In this document: piece after piece, positions 1 to 11,520 of the stretch
How positions within the stretch are numbered: position 1 is the first letter of the stretch
Layout: each line of letters starts with the position of its first letter
Source of the DNA: Epithemia pelagica
Taxonomy: Eukaryota; Protista; Bacillariophyta
Length of the DNA stretch: 64,000 bases
Assembly: GCA_946965045.2 (NCBI GenBank)
Contig: OX337233.1
Location: 1,240,001-1,304,000, forward strand
Direction: 5' to 3'
The notes under the pieces: generated by a model
Database searches by the model: none
The model's input: only the letters and a program-made list of their open reading frames with translations
What the model was told of the DNA's origin: nothing
Position numbers and translations under genes: made by a program

Positions 1-720
1 TTGGCCACACGGCCCACTTGCAACCCCAATTCCCGGGTGGGTACCACAATCAAGACTTGGACCGCTGAACGGCTGGCATCAATGGACGCCAATGCGGGAA
101 GTAAGTAGGCTATCAAAGAAACAAACAATAGTGTGAGACGATAAATTAACCTTTACGACTTGCACCTCCAGACATGAACTCACAACACTTCCTTCCCCTC
201 AAGCTAGAACAACAACCAATCTCTTACCTAATGTCTTGCCGCTTCCCGTCTCGGCCTGAATAATCACATCATTCTTTTCACATACAATCTCATTCAAGGC
301 TTGTTGTTGAATCCGAGTAGGATGAATCCATCCCAAATCCAAGCATCGTTGCAACAGCCACGGAGGGAGTACGGAATCATACAATTGGGCAAAGGTCTGA
401 TTGACCAAAATTCCATCTCCAATCATTTGCGAGGCTTGCAACAAGACGCAACCTCTTGCGGGATTCTTCTTGCGATAACACAGACCATCGTGATACAGGA
501 TAGTTTTGCTTCGGCGAGAGCTTGTCGTCGTTCGCACATTCACACTGTGTGTGAATGCACCGCTTTGGCCGTGGTATGGCGGCTGGAATGCCCATGCTGC
601 ATCAATCAACGGCGCTTGAACAACGAAAAAGGATGAAATGGAAAGGAAGGTGACAGCAAGAGTCCAGCATTTCCAGGAAACGACGACAACCACAATCGTA
701 ATCTTCCACAGAAGCAACAT
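1..720 (-). CDS. DEAD-box RNA helicase, 5' part (runs off the left edge); probable plastid-targeting presequence
   Basis: Q-motif region (HPTRIQQQAL) and motif I (AETGSGKT). A GT-AG intron at 227-110 joins to AYLLPALA...VLIVVPTRELGLQV (motif Ia). ATG at 720 is followed by a hydrophobic stretch ending AWAF, resembling the diatom ASAF motif. Confidence 0.85.
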
Positions 721-1044
721 CGAAATGGACTTGAATGGTGATGGATGGGCAAACAAAAGAAAAGGAGATGCCGCGCGACTCAAGATCTTTGAAGCGACTG
801 AAGGGCGGTCTATTGGCATCAAAAAATCGACTTGCACCTCCTTGCACGCACCCTATGACTGTGACGTTTGTAGTTGGATCATCGTCGAACAGCAAAGAAA
901 TCATGGAGCTCGCCGCAACAATGAGCAGATTCGATTTCATTCTTTGTCGGCAGGCAAACGTCGAAAGATATCGTCGAATCTTGTCTTGAAACTCCCTGTG
1001 GTGCACTCACTTATTTCTGAAACTTTGATCAGCACCAAACTACA

Positions 1045-1641
1045 ATGGCTTCCCGATTGTTGCAATGCGGCCTCATGGCAGGAGCCGGTGCTTTTGTCGA
1101 GACCAAGTACGGTCCGTCCATCCAAATGACTGGTCCAGCAAATACCAGTCCCTTGTTTGCTGCTACACCGTTGGTATTCATTGGCCTTGGCTTTTTTACG
1201 GTCGCTTTTGGTCTCAAGGTTGGTAAAGCTCGGATGACGTACATGGAAAAGGCCAAGAAGGATGGAGAAGAAAATGTCGAGGAACGATATGGTTTGCCCA
1301 ATTTGTACGCTCAAGGCACGTCACCGAACGCCAAGGCCTTCAATTGCATACAACGAGCTCATCAACACATTTTTGAAAACTATACCTTTGCCCTCGTTTT
1401 TGGATTGGCCGGTGCCCTCGAGTTTCCCATTGCCTCGGTCCTCTCTTCTGCGGTCTATGCCGCTGGCCGCATGATTTTTTCCTCCAATTACAGTCAGGCA
1501 GATGGGGAACCCGGCAAACGGTACTCGCTCAATCCTCTGGCCAAACACATGTGGACTGGACTTTTGGTGAACTTTTTCTTGGGTGCCTTTAGTTGTATCA
1601 AGATTCTCGCCAAGACACGATTGGCTCTTGCAGAAAACTAA
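1045..1641 (+). CDS. MAPEG family protein (microsomal glutathione S-transferase 3-like)
   Basis: 198-aa ORF with GLPNLYA...FNCIQRAHQHIFENY and several hydrophobic helices, matching the MAPEG FNCxQRAHQN motif. Confidence 0.85.
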   Translation: MASRLLQCGLMAGAGAFVETKYGPSIQMTGPANTSPLFAATPLVFIGLGFFTVAFGLKVGKARMTYMEKAKKDGEENVEERYGLPNLYAQGTSPNAKAFNCIQRAHQHIFENYTFALVFGLAGALEFPIASVLSSAVYAAGRMIFSSNYSQADGEPGKRYSLNPLAKHMWTGLLVNFFLGAFSCIKILAKTRLALAEN

Positions 1642-2043
1642 AGTCGCACAGTGAGAAAAGAAAGTATGACTTTGTTCTTTGATTACGGGTTGTTGATGAC
1701 ATGTCAAAGATAGCGGAACTACGAGATCTACATAATAGATTGTTGAGTTTAGTTCCAAGCTGTAATAGTTCGTTCTTCTCGGGAAAGGAAGAAGCCGGAG
1801 AATGAAAAGACTGATCGTATAGATCACTGCACATGTTTCTGAACAGAATTACTTGCCAATCTTGAGCGTATTTTGATCTTCGTTCCCATCAACCATCTTG
1901 CTTCGGTGATTCACTGTGGTTGGACGGATTGTCCCGGAGCCCCGCAGCTTCGCTAGCTTTCCAAACGTCCGTCCATGGCCTCGCCGGTTCTGATAAAATA
2001 CCCAGCGCGATTACGTAGGACGTCGAGCCTAGGGTGTACAACA

Positions 2044-2296
2044 TTCGCCATTAGAGGTCCGCAGAAACAAGGACAGCAGACAGACTAAACCTTAACTCTA
2101 CTGTGTGAAGTCTACCGCCCGTCTCACCTGCCACGAGTCTAAGTAATCCTTCCATTGGAAGGGCCGGCGTCGAAATGACAGTTGGTGGAAGGATTACTTA
2201 GACTCGTGGCAGGTGAGACGGGCGGTAGACTTCACACAGTAGAGTTAAGGTTTAGTCTGTCTGCTGTCCTTGTTTCTGCGGACCTCTAATGGCGAA
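2044..2296. mobile_element. Foldback/MULE-like MITE with perfect 112-bp inverted arms and a 31-nt spacer
   Basis: 2043-2154 is the exact reverse complement of 2186-2297. Direct repeat TACAACA at 2037-2043 and 2297-2303 (putative TSD, overlapping the outermost arm base). Confidence 0.75.
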
Positions 2297-2381
2297 TACA
2301 ACATCACCGAAAACAACCACGCAAGACGTAGTTGTAGCGGCAAGTCGGCATCCGCGCCGCTTGAACTTGTGCAAATTGACC

Positions 2382-3415
2382 ATGACGTCTCAGCTGAGAA
2401 GCACTGTAAGTCTCACAGCCGCTTTGAACGGATGTAGGAGCGGAAGCGAGATTTTTGCACGTGAAGCATGTTGATATCTGATCGACGGCGCATGCATTCC
2501 TGCGACTAGCGAAGGATTGTGACTTGTGAGGCCAGATTCCACTTGTGGTAGAGATTGGTGGACTGGATCTGTTGTGTTTCTCATCTCTGTTTATTTTGTT
2601 GCGTTTTCGTGGCAATGTAGTTGCAAAACAACCGCCATGTGTTGTTGATTGCGGCCACGGCTGCTACGGCATCCGTTCCAGCGGTTACGTTTTTGGATGT
2701 GGATTCCACACCTCCCGCACACTGGCCTTGGCGGCATACGGGATTTTTCTCCTCGTTCGACCACACTGCATTGCGTCGAGGATTTCAAGTGTACCGTCAG
2801 GTCTGCGCTACCTGCCATTCCTTGGAATATATTCGCTGGCGTGAGTTGGTTGGTGTGACTCACACCAAGGCGGAAGTGGCTGCCATGGCCAAGGAAGTCA
2901 TGACGATGGACGGTCCCAACCGCGAAGGTGAAATGTATGAACGGCCCTCCAAACCATACGATGTCTTGCCCTCGCCGTATGAGAATGAAGAACAGGGCGC
3001 GGCTGCCAACAATGGTGCGTACCCCCCTGACTTGTCGTTGATGGTCAAGGCCCGTCACGAAGGACATGATTATATCATGTCTCTCTTGACTGGATACATG
3101 GACAAGCCGGCTGGTAAGGAAATGATGGACGGACTTTACTACAATCCCTATTTCATTGGAGGAGCCATTGCCATGCCCCCTCCCCTGCAAGACGACGGTG
3201 TGGAATATCCCGATGGAACGCCTGCGACCATCTCGCAACAAGCTCGTGACGTGGTTCAGTTCCTTCACTGGGCGTCCGATCCCAAGACTGAAGAACGAAA
3301 GCAAGGCGCTGCCCTTTGGTATGTTGGTATAATTTTCTTTGCCATTGGAGCTGGATTTCACAAGCGTTGGCAGTGGTCTCCACTCAAGACACGTATGATC
3401 AAATACACGAACTAA
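2382..3415 (+). CDS. CYC1: Cytochrome c1, heme protein of mitochondrial complex III (2 exons)
   Basis: WPW..HTGFFSSFDHTALRRGFQVYRQVCATCH (CxxCH), NNGAYPPDLSL, YYNPYF.GGAIAMPPPL and a C-terminal TM helix. Predicted exon 1 is 2382-2405 (MTSQLRST), with intron GTAAGT 2406 to TAG 2620, phase 0. Confidence 0.95.
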
Positions 3416-3581
3416 ATAGGTAAAAACGGTGGCTAACAGAGGTTGCTATCCATCAAGAGAAAAGTAATGGAATAGTAAGAAATGATTTCGGTCATACGAT
3501 GAATTCCCAATACTAGCAGTAGGTGATTTTCATCTTTTATGGTCGTCTGTTTGTACATTTAGAGCTCTCGACCAAAACGCG

Positions 3582-3905
3582 CTATGAAGATTGTGGGTTT
3601 TCCCGTTGCTTCCTTTTCGCCAGTTCTCTTTGATAAACTTTATCTTTGGCAAGGAACTCTTCAAATGTTTCATCTTTCTCAAAAGCTACCATGATGGTTT
3701 CTTGCTCCCGTTTCTTTCGGTCTCGCCAGCCCTGATTCATCTCTGCGAGCGCACGTTCCTTCTCCTTGACGAAGCATCGATCCAAGGCAAATTTAATGTC
3801 ATTGCATCCCCCTGTAAATTTCTTCCATGTACTTTCGTGGCATTCCTTCAATGCCGCGATAACATCTTGACAGTCAGGATGTGGCCGATCCAATGGTGGA
3901 TGCAT
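3582..3905 (-). CDS. CMC2: Twin Cx9C COX assembly protein, CMC2-like
   Basis: MHPPLDRPHPDCQDVIAALKECH...GGCNDIKFALDRC: twin Cx9C with the MHPxL N-terminus typical of Cmc2. The real ATG is at 3905 (the track starts at a TTG). Confidence 0.8.
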   Translation of the reverse strand: MHPPLDRPHPDCQDVIAALKECHESTWKKFTGGCNDIKFALDRCFVKEKERALAEMNQGWRDRKKREQETIMVAFEKDETFEEFLAKDKVYQRELAKRKQRENPQSS

Positions 3906-4161
3906 TGTCAATCTTCCCTTTGTCTGACTTGGGCGCAGGTATCAAAAGGGTACTCCTATGCGGTTCGAAAAAGTGGGGGTAGCTATCCCCAATCTACTTC
4001 TGACTCATAGCGACTTTGGCTCTACCTAGACGTGTTTTGTCTTTCCAGGTTCTTTCAATTTCTTCAAGGCAACCATGATTAAAATAAAACATTGCACAAC
4101 CTAAATTTACTTTACAATCTTGCGTTTGCTAAAAGGGCTTTCCATCCTCAAGGAAGCAACT

Positions 4162-6117
4162 TTAATACCTCCGTCTCTTTTGGACAACTGCTTGAAGGCC
4201 GGATTCCAACATTCCGACGACAGTAAAGGTTCCTCCTACAATGGCCATGAGGGAGGTGAGATAATCGTACCAATGTCGAGAGGTCGTACGATAGGACACG
4301 GCAATGGGAGACAGGTCAAAAATAAATTTGGCTTCTGGTACCAAATCATTCCGATAATAGGACAATTGACTGCTCTGCAAAATCTGATAGGCCTTGACCT
4401 CCCGTGATCCCACTCTCATATTTTCCAAATTGGTTGTCACTACCTTGAGATAGTGATGATAGGCTTCGTGTAGATTGTGCGTGACGTAGACATTGCCATT
4501 CATGGGTGTCAATTTTCGTTTCACCGTTTCGGGTGCAGGCGCTCGACCCGATTCCACAAAGGTGATACCAGAGGGGTCTCCCACTGTCAGGGAATGAACC
4601 TCATGGGATAAATTGGCCATATGTGGATTCATATCGTGATGAGGGGATCGTGCCTGAATATGGAAATTACCCGGAACACGATCTAAGTTCAAAAAGCCCG
4701 ACACTTGGCACCCAGGATGGTCACCCTCGTTCCACTCCTTCTTCACATGTTGCTTCCTTCGCTTAATTTTTTCCGCCCACTCGTGCTCCTCCGTGGTTTC
4801 CAGTCCCATTCGCGCATGAGCCGCTGAAACACACCATGTTTGACAGTCCGTGAGAATCTACACCATTGCAAAAAATCAACGGAACGACAAGCTACTCACC
4901 TTCGTGAAGCTTGTGCAATCGAGTTTTGGGATCTTTCACTTCCTCCTGAAAAATGGCCTCCACCGATTGCAACCAATGCGTAAATTCCACCACAGTCCGA
5001 TGACCCCTATAATCGCCGCCTTGCCAGGGCTCTCCATCAATAAAGAGTCGGAGGGTGGGATACGCCATGATCGATTGGGCCCTGCACAAGTCTTTCTGGA
5101 TAACGCAATCTACTTTGGCAATCATGACGGGAAGTTCCACCTTAACGGCTTCAGCAAAATCTTCATCACTGTAGGTATGCGCATGGGGACTGGCCTCCAC
5201 CTTGACTTCGGCAACATCCACCATGACTTCGGCCAAGACCTCCCATGTTGGAGCCAACTCACGACAATGAGAACACCCTGACAAAATAGAAATATTTGGA
5301 GTAGGAACGACAAATCACAACCGACATTGTACAGTCAAACGTCATCAATTTATGAACAGAATGAGGAGAGCGCAAACAGGGCATCATTTCAAGAAACCAT
5401 TGAAACCACGTGAGACAGAGTCCGAGACTCTAACACCGACGCGGCTTCTCAATGCACAAAAGCTACTTACAGCTGGCATAAAAGTCGACAAACAAAAAGT
5501 TTTGTTCGTGGAGGGCAAATTCAAAGGTTTTGGCATCCAAACTTACAGCTTCTTCTCCATCCACTAGCAATTCATCGAGCGTATCGGTAATGCTTTCATC
5601 AAATAATTGAATGTCCTTTTGTTGTCGATTTCTTCCTTGATACATTTGTTTGACACCAGCTCCATCCACATGCCATTTGGTAATGTGACTCGAAACATTT
5701 TGTTCCGTCCCCAAGACACTCACCACATCCACCACAACATATTCACATTTCAAATCCATCATTGTAATGTTAAAGTTCAAGCGAACCTTTTGCACCGCAC
5801 TCTTGTCCAAGGCCAAGTCGGTTCGCAAACTATGCGGGAATATGAAGCAGCGACATTGCCAAAGAGCATACAACGCATGTCCAGAAAAGAAACGTGGTCA
5901 GAAAAAGGAGGCATCCATGGTGGTTCGAGCATCCAAACACCATTGACTCTGCAACTCACGTTGTGCGCAGAAAGGCTCCCGTTTCCAACAGAAACAAGGT
6001 GACCATGATAAAGACGGCAAACAAACTGAGAAAGGATCCTCTCTTGGTGCCTTCCATGAGATCAACCGGTACCTTTCGGTACATGTCCAACGAACCCATC
6101 CATCGAAGACGAGACAT
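4162..6117 (-). CDS. PDI-C subfamily protein (ERGIC_N + thioredoxin + COPII-coated ERV domain), 4 exons
   Basis: Exon 1 MSRLRWMGSLDMYRKVPVDLMEGT, then LNFNITMMDLKCEYVVVD; thioredoxin FYAS-W-CSHC split by an intron; C-terminal GCQVSGFLNLDRVPGNFHI...FIFDLSPIAV...AIVGGTFTV. GTGAGT/GTAAGT donors are present. Confidence 0.9.
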
Positions 6118-6290
6118 GATCGTTAGTTTCTGCTCGCTACGGCGATACTAGTCAAGAGTTGTTGTTGCAAGAGACAACGCCGAACCACCAAGGTACAGAA
6201 GTTGTGCAACAACCCCAAGATCCCACACTTGAATTTGAAATTGAAGCGCAATGCGCAGATCGCCACGGCAACAACAAAGGGCTTTGCGGT

Positions 6291-6314
6291 GGGGGTGGGG
6301 GGTGGGGTGTGGGG
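6291..6314 (+). promoter_or_regulatory. Potential G-quadruplex (G5-T-G6-T-G4-TGT-G4)
   Basis: Four G runs of at least 4 with 1-3 nt loops, about 175 bp upstream of the PDI-C ATG. Confidence 0.4.
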
Positions 6315-7058
6315 TCATCTTCTTCTTTGGTCGCACTAAGGTACATTTCCCGTCGCTGATCCGGTCGCAGAAATGTGACTTTGAGAAGGCCAGACCACAG
6401 CCCACGACTGGATACGGAACCACGAACGGTAGAATTCTTTTAATAGCAGTGTACAACGATCCGTTGGGACTATTGGACAAAGAGTATCGAAGCATGTCCG
6501 TTGTACAGACAGTCGTTGAGTTCTCGGGCTTCGCTACAATGGTATTGAGTGCGTGTGTGAGTATTGGCATGGCGCAGGTTGCGTGCGCGAAAGCCACGCC
6601 AGCCACACTTTGATCTAAGCCCCTGTGGAAAATTTACGGGAGCAGCCGAGCCAGCGGATTCTCGGTGCTTCCAAACGCAGACCCAAAATTCCAACCACCT
6701 TCCTCTGGCCCACACAACCAACAACAAAATAGGCGACGACGACGGTGCAGTCAAGGACAAAAGAGAAAGAGGAAGCAAACGGACCGATTCTTCTCTGCCT
6801 AATTGTGTGTGTGTTTGTGAGTTTGTCATTGAGCTTGAGGTGTGAGTCTCCGAAAAAGAACCAAAAAAGACAAAAGACACACAATCCGAAAGGAAACTAC
6901 AATACCAGAAGTCTCTTTGGACCCAACTGCCCAAGCTCGTGTCCTTTTCGTGGTGACAGTGTCTTTTTGGCTCATTCCGGTTGACAGACGAAAGGTTGAA
7001 ACGACAACAACTTGATTGACAACCACAACTGTCACAAGAAACACAACAAGAGTCCACA

Positions 7059-8183
7059 ATGAGTTTGTTTAACGCGATATTGGGCAATGTGTTGCTCTTT
7101 TGTTTGGTGTTTGGCATGTCCGCGACGGTGGACATTCGGTCCATGCACAGTCAAGTTCGCAATCTTCGCGCCTTGAGTATGGGTGTCTTTTGTCAATTTA
7201 TCATTTTGCCCTTTTTGGGCTTCCTGGTGGTAAAATTACTGGAATTGGAGGAAAGCATGGGCTTGACCTTGTTGGTTGTGACCAGTAGTCCTGGTGGAAG
7301 TTACTCCAATTGGTGGTGCTCCATGTTCAATGGCGATTTGGCTCTCAGTGTGACCATGACCGCGCTGAGTACGATTCTCAGCATGATTTTCTTGCCGCTC
7401 AATTTACTCTTTTACACCAAGTTGGCCTATCACGAAGACGAAGAGATTGTGTCCAATTTGGATTGGACCGCCCTCTTTACGGCCTTGGCCATTGTCATGT
7501 GCGCCATTGTTGTGGGTTTGGCCTTGTCCGCCAAGGTGCAAGATCGACGAGTTCAACATTTTGCCAATGGATTGGGTAATGCCTCGGGTCTCATGCTCAT
7601 TTTGTTTTCCGCCACCATGACCAACACTGGTGATTCCGATTCCAAAATTTGGTCTCGCGATTGGACCTTTTACGTCGGTGTGTCGATTCCCTGTTTGGGT
7701 GGCTTGATTCTCGCCAACATTTTGGCTGCCGTGGCTCTTTTGCCCAAACCGGAACGTGTGACAGTGGCTATTGAATGTTGTTACCAAAATGTGGGCATTG
7801 CCACCTCCTTGGCCTTGACCATGTTTCGAGGGAATGATTTGAACGAAGCCATGGGTGTTCCCTTTTTCTACGGTGTCGTCGAAGCCGTCTTTGTCGGTAT
7901 TTACTGTATTGGGGCATGGAAATTGGGATGGACCAAGGCACCGGCCGATGCCAGTATTTGCAATGTCTTGTGGACCTCGTACGAAGTGTTGGAAATGGAA
8001 GCTCAAGCTGCGGCCGAATCCAAGGGAGAAGGAACGATTGAAGTCGTGGACAAGAAGAACGACAAGAGTGGTTCAACAACACCAACCAAAGAAGCTGCAA
8101 CTACCAAGAGCGATTACGTGTTGATGGACGATTCCAACAAAAAGTCGGCCACTTCGGGAAAGGGCAATGATTCCAAGGTATAG
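7059..8183 (+). CDS. Bile acid:sodium symporter (SBF/BASS) family transporter
   Basis: MFGMSATV, GVFCQFIILP, SPGGSYSNWW...GDLALSVTMT and ECCYQNVGIA motifs; multiple TM helices. Confidence 0.9.
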   Translation: MSLFNAILGNVLLFCLVFGMSATVDIRSMHSQVRNLRALSMGVFCQFIILPFLGFLVVKLLELEESMGLTLLVVTSSPGGSYSNWWCSMFNGDLALSVTMTALSTILSMIFLPLNLLFYTKLAYHEDEEIVSNLDWTALFTALAIVMCAIVVGLALSAKVQDRRVQHFANGLGNASGLMLILFSATMTNTGDSDSKIWSRDWTFYVGVSIPCLGGLILANILAAVALLPKPERVTVAIECCYQNVGIATSLALTMFRGNDLNEAMGVPFFYGVVEAVFVGIYCIGAWKLGWTKAPADASICNVLWTSYEVLEMEAQAAAESKGEGTIEVVDKKNDKSGSTTPTKEAATTKSDYVLMDDSNKKSATSGKGNDSKV

Positions 8184-8818
8184 CCATTTGGGACTTTGAT
8201 CTCAATAGGACTTGGTTTTTTATTGTATCGAGTTTTTTGGATGAAACATGCATTTTCCTGAAACAAATACACCCCAATCAGGCCCATGCCGCATCCAGTC
8301 TATACTCTCTTTTTCAACTGTAAACGATATATGACTCCACTCTCTCTCACTCACACACACACACTGGACGTAGTAATCTTCTAAATACGATTGTTTTAAT
8401 GGGGAAGGGTTTTGGTGTTGGACCGATGGGAGATAGTAGTCGTTTTGTGCGTGTGTATCAGATATTCCAATGCTTTTCATCTTGTTCTTATTCAGCGCTA
8501 TGTGATCATAGGTGTTTCCTTCGTGTTCCTTAGTTGCTCAGCGGTACTTTCGTTCCTTTCTCGTTGCTAGGTCACAGAGGTCAGCACCGTTGTCTGTAGC
8601 GATATATAGTCGGGGAACCACCCATACCCAAGGCAGAGAAGTAGGTAGGTGAATTGGGATATCAATATGTCCCGACGCTCCCTGGGCAAGATCTTGGTAA
8701 AAGGTCGGCCATCCGTCAACTGTCATCCGCACGGCTGACGAGTGCAATGGTATAGAAAGAGATCTTGGTGGTCACCCCCATCTAATTAGGATGATTCTCG
8801 TTTTGACAATTCAAGATG

Positions 8819-10153
8819 TTACGCCTTCTCCCATTGCTTTAGGTTTCCAAAGCTGTTGTTGATTGCCTCTTGGTCACTGCTGGTTTGCTTCATGGTGGCT
8901 TGGGCACACAACACTCTTGTCACGTCAACACCCATTTCATGGAGACCCTGCAGGTATTGCAACTGTGTTTCGTTCGCTTGCTTGAGTGCTTCGTTTCGAG
9001 AGTCAGATTAAAGCTTTTCCAGCAGCACTTGACTCTGAACCGATTCCATTTCGACATTCCGATTTTCCTCCTTGACCTCCGAAGCCAGTCGACTCTTTAT
9101 CTTGTCCAATCTTGCTTGTGCTTCTGCCTCGGCTTGCTTCTTTTCAAATTCCAGCCGTGTCATTTCCTTATCATGTGCTAGTTTCTCCAATACTTGTTGT
9201 CGCGCATCATGTTCCATCGTTTCTTGACGCTTCTTGTCGGTCACAGCACGGGGCATGGAGATCTCTTGGATGTAGAGTTTCAGAATACGAAATCCACAGA
9301 GGTCCACCGCCTCTTGAAAGGATGCAAAGGAGCTCACCTGGCTCACGCGCTTGGAGACTTCGACCAGGGACAGGTCGCCTCGATTGGCATCGGCCACCAA
9401 AGCGGAATAGATACAAGCCATGGGATCGACCATGTCCAAACACTTTTCCACATGTTCAATCTTGTAGCTCATGCATAACAGGACATTGACGACTGGGCCC
9501 TCTTGCGTACGAATGGCCAGACGAACCTTGGACAATTCCGTTTGATTGGTTTTCAAAATCTGAAAGCGTTTACGGTTGCTCCTTCCTTGTAGACTGCCTT
9601 CCGCCGTACTACTATTGATGTCACTCCAATCAAACGTATGAATCCACTCATTCTCCGAGGGAATCACAAACTGGGGCCCATACACAATCTTTCGATTGGC
9701 CATTTCCGATCCTTTGCCGAGTTTGAGATCATCTGATGGAGGGATCTCCGATCCAACCTTCTTATTATTACTATTAGACACACCAACACATGCAGGCGAG
9801 GAGGACGATCCATGACTGTACAGAATGAGACAATCGTCTTGATTGATCAAGTTGCGTCCATCCATGACTGTGATGGACGTATGCTTGGTTGGATTGAGAT
9901 AGAGTTCCACGGGGCCCACCAAATGTTCCGTCGTACCATTGCGATGCTTCACTTGGAGGAATTGTCCCACAGTGGCTTGGAAGTGATAGAGAAACCGAAT
10001 GGTGGAAAACCATAGAGTGACTCGACGGGGCCCAATGACTTGGGTCAATTCTCCTCGTGCATTCCAAATGGCTACAGCCTCTCCATCTTTGACGGTGCGA
10101 TGCCCGAACCGAACAAATTTGATATAGTCTCCCGAGCGGAACGTGATCCCCAT
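8819..10153 (-). pseudogene. MVP-repeat/SPFH (band 7)-like protein with an in-frame TAA at 9008-9010
   Basis: N-terminal V.GP repeats (QVIGPRRV, HLVGPVELY, IVYGPQFVIP), an SPFH-like middle (ISYKIE-type, ALVAD, LCGFRILKLYIQ) and a coiled coil. After the TAA the same frame continues 62 codons (SDSRNEALKQANETQLQYLQGLHEMGVDVTRVL...) to a stop at 8819. Confidence 0.6.
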
Positions 10154-10736
10154 GCTTTGTCAGGAAACCAAATACCTCTTTGGATCAGCGCTTCAAAAAA
10201 TGATCCTCGTTTGCAATTCATCCATCGATCCAGTATAACTATAACCTGTCATGATTGGAGCGGCCAGGGTAAAGATCGGCCAAAGCAGGATTCAAAGCAT
10301 GGCATAATGTAGGAGTCGTACGAGAGAATGGTGCACGGGAGTCATTCCTGTTTGACAGAGGATCCTTACTTTCCAAAAAAGGGGACATGTTTCGTGGAAC
10401 AGGGACGCCAGAAAGAGATCACGACTGACAGGATGTGTTGTGCATACATGGTGAGGGTAATGACATGGTCAAACTGCAAGTGTTTTCCTGTACATCTACG
10501 ACAGGAATTTAGCAACAAAGGGCCACGGTAGCGGATAATATCTCAAGTGTCCATTGATTGGGATTGTTGTGTTGACCGGTCCCCGTCCTCAAGTGTCCAT
10601 TGATTTGTTTGTTGTGTTGACGACGCCGTTCCCAAAGTTTTCGCCGGGGGCTGGTTTACCTTTTTTGACTTTGAGCGCGGGGCGAGCTTCGAGTTTCGAG
10701 TCGCACTTAAAAGGTTCGGAAGGAGCTGCTCTACTA

Positions 10737-11341
10737 AGGGCTGGGGATACCGATCCATGTACATCTAAGTAGGCTCAGTACAAAAGCTTCGTAGAGTACA
10801 TAAAATCACATAGTACACGTCACGCCGGAAATGGTCGGAATTTCAAAAAAATGCAAAAACGCTCGACAATGATGGCGAGATCCGGTGACGCCGTATGCAT
10901 TCACCCATGCATCGCATAAACATCCAACCACCGTAAGTCCTTTGCCTTTACCTTTGAAATTGTTGTCTAAAATTACAGAAGATTTGCCAAGTTGGCTGAA
11001 AAGGTACGTTCATTTTTCTGCAGTGATGAAATCGAACGACCGCCCTAACTCATTCATTTTTCAAGGGTGCCTGAATCAAAGTGAAAGCAAAGTTGCTCTA
11101 GTAGTAAAGATTCTTATTGTAAAAGTGATTCAGGAAGGCTCAATTGTTCAGGAAGTTATCGCCATGGGGGTGATGACTTCCATCATTGTCGAATGATGGC
11201 TTCCGGATTGCACCTTGGCAAGTTTACGACGTGCGACTCGGTGTGACCATCCGCCCCACTTCTTACACGGACGAAAATAGAACTACGTAGGTCAATGTAC
11301 TGAGCCTACTTAGATGTACATGGATCGGCTTACCCAGCCCT
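10737..11341. mobile_element. Non-autonomous TIR element (MITE), about 605 bp
   Basis: 46-bp TIRs: AGGGCTGGG + 4 nt + a perfect 33-bp core (10750-10782 vs 11296-11328). Flanked by TA on both sides. Confidence 0.8.
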
Positions 11342-11520
11342 TACTGAACTCAGACGAACACATATTTTAATTCAAATGCGGCGTGTCCCAGCAGTCCGCG
11401 GCACCACCTGCTCACGGTCTGTCCTTTTATCCGTCCGTTCCACCTTGCGAATCGAGCGAGTCATGCTTATTTTGCGGAATTGATGGAGACCAAAACCAAA
11501 GACGACGCCAACGAGGCACC

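Noticed and set aside
6148-7144. Several 90-220 aa ORFs in the PDI-C/SBF intergenic region
   Set aside because: They begin at non-ATG codons or are shadows of low-complexity promoter DNA; no recognisable domains.
8538-8747. 69-aa minus-strand ORF
   Set aside because: Short, TTG-started, no family recognised.
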